In this document: one piece after another, positions 58,798 to 64,000 of the stretch
Layout: every line of letters begins with the position of its first letter
Position numbering within the stretch: the first letter of the stretch is position 1
From: Promethearchaeota archaeon
GTDB lineage: Archaea; Asgardarchaeota; Lokiarchaeia; Sigyniarchaeales; SOKP01
Reading direction: 5' to 3'
Assembly (NCBI GenBank): GCA_030599585.1
Contig: JAUVNS010000004.1
Span: forward strand, 64,001 to 128,000
DNA: 64,000 nucleotides
Notes under the pieces: model-generated
Seen by the model: only the letters and a program-made list of their open reading frames with translations
What the model was told of the DNA's origin: nothing
Database searches by the model: none
Program-made: the position numbers and the translations under genes

Positions 58798-60144
58798 ATG
58801 TCGGCTTCCTTAGAACAATTATTAAGAGATGCGAGAATCGATTTAGTTTTAGCGAGAATAGAAAAAGATTCTACTGTTATTGAAGAAGTTATTAGAAATG
58901 TAGAAAACGATATACGTTCTATCCGCTTTAATTCAATATTTGTTCTCGGTGAATTAGGAGAGAAATCCGGTGAAAGGGCAGTACATAAAATTACTGAATA
59001 TATAGAAGATGACGATTGGAGTATTCGTCGAGAAGTAGCAAGATCACTTGGAAAAATTGGAAAAATGGCAAGTTCTTCAACCAACGAATTATCTAAATGT
59101 TGTTCTGACGATGAAGATTCAATTAGACTTGCAGTGGTTACCTCGCTTGGCAAAATTGGTTTTGTTTCAGAAGAAGTTTTAGAAACTCTTAAAAATGCAT
59201 TGAAAGATAAAAACGAGCAAGTACGAATTGAAGCTGCAAATGCGTTAGGTTTGTTAGGCTCCGAAGCATACGAAGTAATACCTGATTTAATGAGGAGCGT
59301 TAGCGATCCAAGCTGGGCAGTAAGAACATCTTCAGCTCGAGCTATGAGTGGTATTGGTAAAGGTACAATTAAAGCAATTCCTACTTTAGTAAATGCACTT
59401 GACGATAAAGATTGGCGTGTACGATATCATATTGTTAATACTCTTAGAGAAATTGGTGAAGAATCCATTTCTCACTTAATAAATGCGCTGGATCATAAAA
59501 ATTTCGTTGTAAGAAAAGAGGCTGTAGATGCTTTAGGAGAATTAGGAATAATAACTCCAAAAGTTATTAAAAAATTGGCTTTAATGTTAAAAGATTCGAA
59601 CGAAAATGTAAGAGGAAAAGCTGCTAGTTCTCTTCGAAACTTAGGTAAAGAAACAGTCTCAGCTTTAATTGGAGCAATTAAAATCGCCAGTACGAAGATG
59701 AAAGTGGTCATAATTTCTGCGATTGGTGGGATAGGCGAAGAGGCAAAAGAAGCCATCCCCGAATTAATACACTTGTTAAATGATAACAAAGCTACTGTTC
59801 GAGTAGAAGCGGCTAGAAATTTAGGGTTAATTGGCGTAGATTCAGAAGAAGCGCGAATAGCCCTAGAAAAATCTTTACAAGATTCAAAAACTATTGTCAG
59901 ACGAGAAGTAGCTCTTTCGCTTGGAAAAATAGGTTCTATAGCAAAGAAAGCAGTTCCATCTTTGCTAATGGCATTAGAAGATAAACAGCCGGATGTTCGT
60001 TGGAGAGCTTCAGAAGCTTTAGGAAAAATTAATGTAAATACACCAGAAGTTATATCAGCCTTAAAAAATCTAATTCATGACAAATGTGATTATGTGTGCG
60101 AATCTGCCGATTTCGCAATTGACAACATCACAGAAAATATTTAA
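58798..60144 (+). CDS. HEAT/PBS-lyase repeat protein
   Basis: About 12 repeats of L.D....VR..AA.ALG.IG. Confidence 0.9.
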   Translation: MSASLEQLLRDARIDLVLARIEKDSTVIEEVIRNVENDIRSIRFNSIFVLGELGEKSGERAVHKITEYIEDDDWSIRREVARSLGKIGKMASSSTNELSKCCSDDEDSIRLAVVTSLGKIGFVSEEVLETLKNALKDKNEQVRIEAANALGLLGSEAYEVIPDLMRSVSDPSWAVRTSSARAMSGIGKGTIKAIPTLVNALDDKDWRVRYHIVNTLREIGEESISHLINALDHKNFVVRKEAVDALGELGIITPKVIKKLALMLKDSNENVRGKAASSLRNLGKETVSALIGAIKIASTKMKVVIISAIGGIGEEAKEAIPELIHLLNDNKATVRVEAARNLGLIGVDSEEARIALEKSLQDSKTIVRREVALSLGKIGSIAKKAVPSLLMALEDKQPDVRWRASEALGKINVNTPEVISALKNLIHDKCDYVCESADFAIDNITENI

Positions 60145-60224
60145 ATTTTAACTTATTTTATTTCAGAGATATATTAAAAGAAAAAAGAAATTAACTAATA
60201 CAATCAAAAAGGACGGTTAAAATA

Positions 60225-61910
60225 ATGAGTGAAAATCCATATGCTGCCAAACCTTGGTTAGCACATTACGATGATAATGTTCCTCCACACATAGATTATC
60301 CTAATATGAATATTTACGAATTTTTGGATAATTCTGCAAAAGATTTTGGTGGTCGAACAGCGATTTGGTTTATGAAAAACAAAATTACTTATAAGAAATT
60401 TAAAGACATAGCTGACAGACTCGCAACTGCTCTCGTTGGATTAGGAGTAAAGAAAGGCGATGTGGTTGCAATAATGGTACCTAATTTCCCCCAATTTATT
60501 TTCAGCTATTATGGGATATTAAAAGCGGGAGGAATAGTTACTGCTTGTAGCGTCCTCCATACAGAACACGAATTAGCATACCAATTAAATGATTCTGGAG
60601 CAGAGGTAATTATAGTATGGGACAACCAAGTCGAAAAAATAAACAACATACGAGATAGAACCCGATTGAGGCATGTAATAATCACAAATGTATTTGATTA
60701 CACAATGATGGCACCAAGAAACCCTCCTGAAATCGCGGGAACAAAACAATTTATAAATCTCATCAATAATACGAAACCTAATCCTCCACATTTCGAAACG
60801 AATGCAAAAGAAACTATAGCATGTTTGCAATATACTGGGGGCACAACAGGACTCCCTAAAGGAGCAATGCTTACTCATTTTAACATAGTGTCAAATTGTA
60901 TAGCTACTCACAAATGGTTAGGCGCGGAAATTAAAAGAGGCAAAGATACTACTCTTACCAACCTACCATTATTCCATATTTATGGCCAAACAGTATGTAT
61001 GAATATCGTGATATACAATGGCTCAACCATTGCTTTAAATCCAGACCCGCGGGATCAAAAATCGTTATTCGAAATTATTAAAGCAACGAATCCAGCAATG
61101 TTTCCAGGAGTGCCAACGATGTATATGCGTTTATTAGAGCGGGATGATTTAGAAGATTATGCTAAAGATATGAAATCGATAAGAATATGTAACACAGGAG
61201 CAGCCCCCATGCCTCCTGAAGTTCTTAAAGAATTTGAAAAGAGAACTGGTGGTAAAATTCTTGAGGGTTATGGGCTGACAGAGACATCACCGGTAGCAAC
61301 TACAAATCCTGTAATAGGAGAACGGAAGATAGGTTCTGTTGGAATGCCAATTTCTGACACGGAACTAAAGATCGTAGATCTTGACGATTATACAAAAATT
61401 GTACCTCTTGGCGAATCGGGTGAAATTATGATCAAAGGACCTCAAGTTATGAAAGGTTATTGGAACAAGCCTGAAGCTACTGCTAATCAAATAAAGGGCG
61501 ACTGGCTTTTAACCGGAGATATCGCGATAATGGACGAAGATGGCTATTTCTTTATAGTTGATAGGAAGAAGGACATGATAAATGTTAGTGGATTTAAAGT
61601 ATACCCAAGAGAAGTTGAGGATGTATTATTTGAATACGAAGCTATTGAAAATGCTGCCGTAATTGGGCTTCCTAATCCGGATATACCCGGTAGTGAAAAA
61701 GTAAAAGCTTTCATTGTACTTAAAGATGGATTCAATGAATCTGAAGAGCTTAAAGCTGAAATAAAAGAATTTTGTAGACAAACTGTAGCTCCTTATAAAG
61801 TCCCAAAATTTATAGAATTTAGAAAAGAACTTCCTGAAACTCTCGTTGGTAAAGTCTTAAGAAAAGATCTGAAAGATATCGAAGCCCGAAAGCGAGGAGA
61901 AGAAGTCTAA
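60225..61910 (+). CDS. Long-chain fatty acid--CoA ligase
   Basis: YTGGTTGLPKG, EGYGLTE, TGD, DRKKDMI, GKVLR. Confidence 0.93.
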   Translation: MSENPYAAKPWLAHYDDNVPPHIDYPNMNIYEFLDNSAKDFGGRTAIWFMKNKITYKKFKDIADRLATALVGLGVKKGDVVAIMVPNFPQFIFSYYGILKAGGIVTACSVLHTEHELAYQLNDSGAEVIIVWDNQVEKINNIRDRTRLRHVIITNVFDYTMMAPRNPPEIAGTKQFINLINNTKPNPPHFETNAKETIACLQYTGGTTGLPKGAMLTHFNIVSNCIATHKWLGAEIKRGKDTTLTNLPLFHIYGQTVCMNIVIYNGSTIALNPDPRDQKSLFEIIKATNPAMFPGVPTMYMRLLERDDLEDYAKDMKSIRICNTGAAPMPPEVLKEFEKRTGGKILEGYGLTETSPVATTNPVIGERKIGSVGMPISDTELKIVDLDDYTKIVPLGESGEIMIKGPQVMKGYWNKPEATANQIKGDWLLTGDIAIMDEDGYFFIVDRKKDMINVSGFKVYPREVEDVLFEYEAIENAAVIGLPNPDIPGSEKVKAFIVLKDGFNESEELKAEIKEFCRQTVAPYKVPKFIEFRKELPETLVGKVLRKDLKDIEARKRGEEV

Positions 61911-62001
61911 TCTCGTTAAATTTATCTTTTTACATTTTTTTGTGTTTTTTTAACTTAATTTATTTCTAAATCAAATCTTTATTTGCGCTTATAAAAAGAT
62001 T

Positions 62002-62589
62002 ATGCACACTAACGAGATGCTATCGGAAGTTAGAACTTTTGCATACAATAATTCTGAGAAAAATGACATACACGGTTTTATGCATGTCGAGCGAGTACTA
62101 AAATTAAGTTCAGAAATAGGAACAGTTTTAAACGCAAATTTACCCGTAATTAAAATTGCCGCTTTACTTCATGATGTGGGGAGATTTCTCAAAAAAAATG
62201 ATGAAGTGAGAAATCACGCTGAAATATCAGCTGATATCGCTGAAAATTTTATAATGAAAAACAACTTTAACATTGCCATCGAAGATGTTGAAAATATTCT
62301 CCATAGCATTCGAGCTCATTCATTTTCTAATGATTTGGAACCTAAAACTCTCGAAGCTAAAATTCTCTCCGACGCAGATAAATTGGATGCGCTAGGAGCA
62401 ATAGGTTTATACCGAATTATTGGGTTTACAATATTGAGGAATGGGGGTTTAGACGATGTAATTGAACATCTTGAGAATAAGATTTTGAAACTTAAAAATC
62501 GACTTTATTTGGATATTTCTACAGAAATTGCTAATTCTCGTGAAAAATTAATAATTAAATTCTATAATGAAATAAAAGAACAAAAATAG
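62002..62589 (+). CDS. HD-domain phosphohydrolase
   Basis: HGFMHVERV, LLHDVG, DADKLDALGA. Confidence 0.9.
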   Translation: MHTNEMLSEVRTFAYNNSEKNDIHGFMHVERVLKLSSEIGTVLNANLPVIKIAALLHDVGRFLKKNDEVRNHAEISADIAENFIMKNNFNIAIEDVENILHSIRAHSFSNDLEPKTLEAKILSDADKLDALGAIGLYRIIGFTILRNGGLDDVIEHLENKILKLKNRLYLDISTEIANSREKLIIKFYNEIKEQK

Positions 62590-62750
62590 AAATCTAAATT
62601 TAGGATATCTTTAGAATCATATTCAATAGAATAGTGAATCACCAATGATCATTCATTGTGACAAAGAAATAAAATCAAGCTTATAAATAATTAGAGTGCA
62701 ATAAATACAACATACGGGTTTTTTTGAACAATATTATATAGGTGAATGAA

Positions 62751-62906
62751 ATGAAATGTAAATGTGTAGAATTTCCATTAAAAGCATCTAAAGCCGAACC
62801 TAGAATTAATGAGTGGTTAGAAAATAATAGCAACCTAAATATTAAATTTATTAATCAAGCAGTCGTGAACGGAATAAGAAGAGTTTGTTATTATTACGAA
62901 GATTAA
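62751..62906 (+). CDS. Small hypothetical protein (51 aa, Cse60-like pattern)
   Basis: GGTGA + 5 nt + ATG; MKCKCVEFPLKASKAEPRINEWLENNSNLNIKFINQAVVNGIRRVCYYYED. Confidence 0.7.
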   Translation: MKCKCVEFPLKASKAEPRINEWLENNSNLNIKFINQAVVNGIRRVCYYYED

Positions 62907-62968
62907 GATTAATCTTTAATTTTTTTTTTTAAAAAAACATCTCTCAGTATTAATCAAAACCCCCCGTC

Positions 62969-64000
62969 TTATTTTAGGTATTTCCCTGTAACTGATTTCG
63001 TATTCGCAATTATTTCTTGAGGTGTACCCGTAGCAATGATTTCTCCTCCCTTAGGTCCTCCTTCAGGTCCTAATTCGATAATGAAATCTACGTAGGATAA
63101 AATTTCTGGATCGTGTTCTATAATGACGACGCTGTTTCCTTCTCGAACTAGTTGATCTAAAAGATCCATTAATTTAATAGCATCATAAAAGGATAAACCA
63201 ACTGTAGGTTCATCTAAAATGTATAACGATTTTGTTTTTCTAGCTCTTCCAAGTTCTTTAGCAAGTTTTACTCGTTGCGCCTCTCCGCCACTCAATGTTG
63301 GAGAAGGCTGTCCTAATGTTATATATCCCATTCCAATATCTTCAAGTATCTGTAAAATATTTGATATGCTCGCATCGGATGCAAATAACTTCGCCGCTTC
63401 TGAAACAGTCAAATTTAATACATCTGAGATTGAACAATTTTTATATTTTACTTCCAATATTTCTGGCCTATATCTAAGCCCATGGCATTCCTTACAGACG
63501 ATGTTAAAACTACTCAAAAACGAAATTTTTAGATCTTGTTCACCGGTACCTTTACATGAGAGACATCTTCCTTTATCAGAATTATAAGAAAAGTGACCTG
63601 CTGTATATTTGCGTTTTTTCGATTCAGCCAGTTTTGCAAATTTATTTCTAATTTTATCCCAAATTCCGATATATGACGCGGGTGTAGATGTTTTAACCCT
63701 TGAAATTGGTTTTTGACTGACAACTATAACTTCATCTAGAAATTCCCAACCACTGATCATTCCAGAATATTCTAGAAGTTCATCACCATTTTCTTCTTCA
63801 CCATTATCATTATTTTTATTTGTGGCTTTAACTGCGCCTCGCTTGAAAAAAGGTTGCAATAGAGGGACTAAAGTATCCAAAATCAGAGAGCTTTTTCCGG
63901 AACCAGATACCCCCGCAACTCCTACCATCATGCCTAAAGGGATTTTGATTTCAATATTCTTTAAATTATTAGTCTTTGCATTCTTAATAGTTAGAAAATT
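62969..64000 (-). CDS. uvrA: UvrA-family excinuclease ATPase, C-terminal part (5' end outside the window)
   Basis: The frame runs to the window edge (NAKTNNLKNIEIKIPLG); GVSGSGKS, zinc finger CxxC..CxxC, LSGGEAQRVKLA, LDEPT. Confidence 0.9.
   Translation of the reverse strand, partial: NFLTIKNAKTNNLKNIEIKIPLGMMVGVAGVSGSGKSSLILDTLVPLLQPFFKRGAVKATNKNNDNGEEENGDELLEYSGMISGWEFLDEVIVVSQKPISRVKTSTPASYIGIWDKIRNKFAKLAESKKRKYTAGHFSYNSDKGRCLSCKGTGEQDLKISFLSSFNIVCKECHGLRYRPEILEVKYKNCSISDVLNLTVSEAAKLFASDASISNILQILEDIGMGYITLGQPSPTLSGGEAQRVKLAKELGRARKTKSLYILDEPTVGLSFYDAIKLMDLLDQLVREGNSVVIIEHDPEILSYVDFIIELGPEGGPKGGEIIATGTPQEIIANTKSVTGKYLK

Noticed and set aside
495-63723. Many track ORFs antisense to or overlapping well-supported genes (e.g. 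495-923, 11699-12103, 18778-19197, 41120-41650, 58776-59153, 63219-63587)
   Set aside because: Ser/Ile/Phe-rich shadow frames with no motifs, nested in real genes.

Overview
AT-rich archaeal chromosomal segment, most likely from an Asgard archaeon (Lokiarchaeia-like). This is inferred from archaeal ribosomal genes (L31e, L39e, S19e), Rpp21, Nep1, archaeal-type tRNAs, ACDS CdhA, and eukaryote-signature genes (roadblock, longin, small GTPase, four SCP2 genes). Main observations: (1) An ArsR/Acr3 cassette (48.0-52.8 kb) encodes a class I SAM methyltransferase fused to an HgcA-like corrinoid/membrane protein (NVWCAARG), an HgcB-like ferredoxin and a Cys-Cys-rich ArsD-like protein. This is a candidate corrinoid-dependent metal(loid) methylation system. 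(2) A four-gene run encodes a degenerate AAA+ protein, an Smc5/6-like SMC, a kleisin and a KITE-like protein. (3) Several conserved genes (rps19e, smc, mutY, a stand-alone BRCT, others) apparently start at ATT/ATA/ATC/ACG behind GGTG Shine-Dalgarno motifs, so the ORF track misses or truncates them. (4) A tRNA-Phe carries a 30-nt BHB intron in the D-loop. No CRISPR array, rRNA or transposase was seen. All family assignments come from motif recognition by eye; no database search was run.
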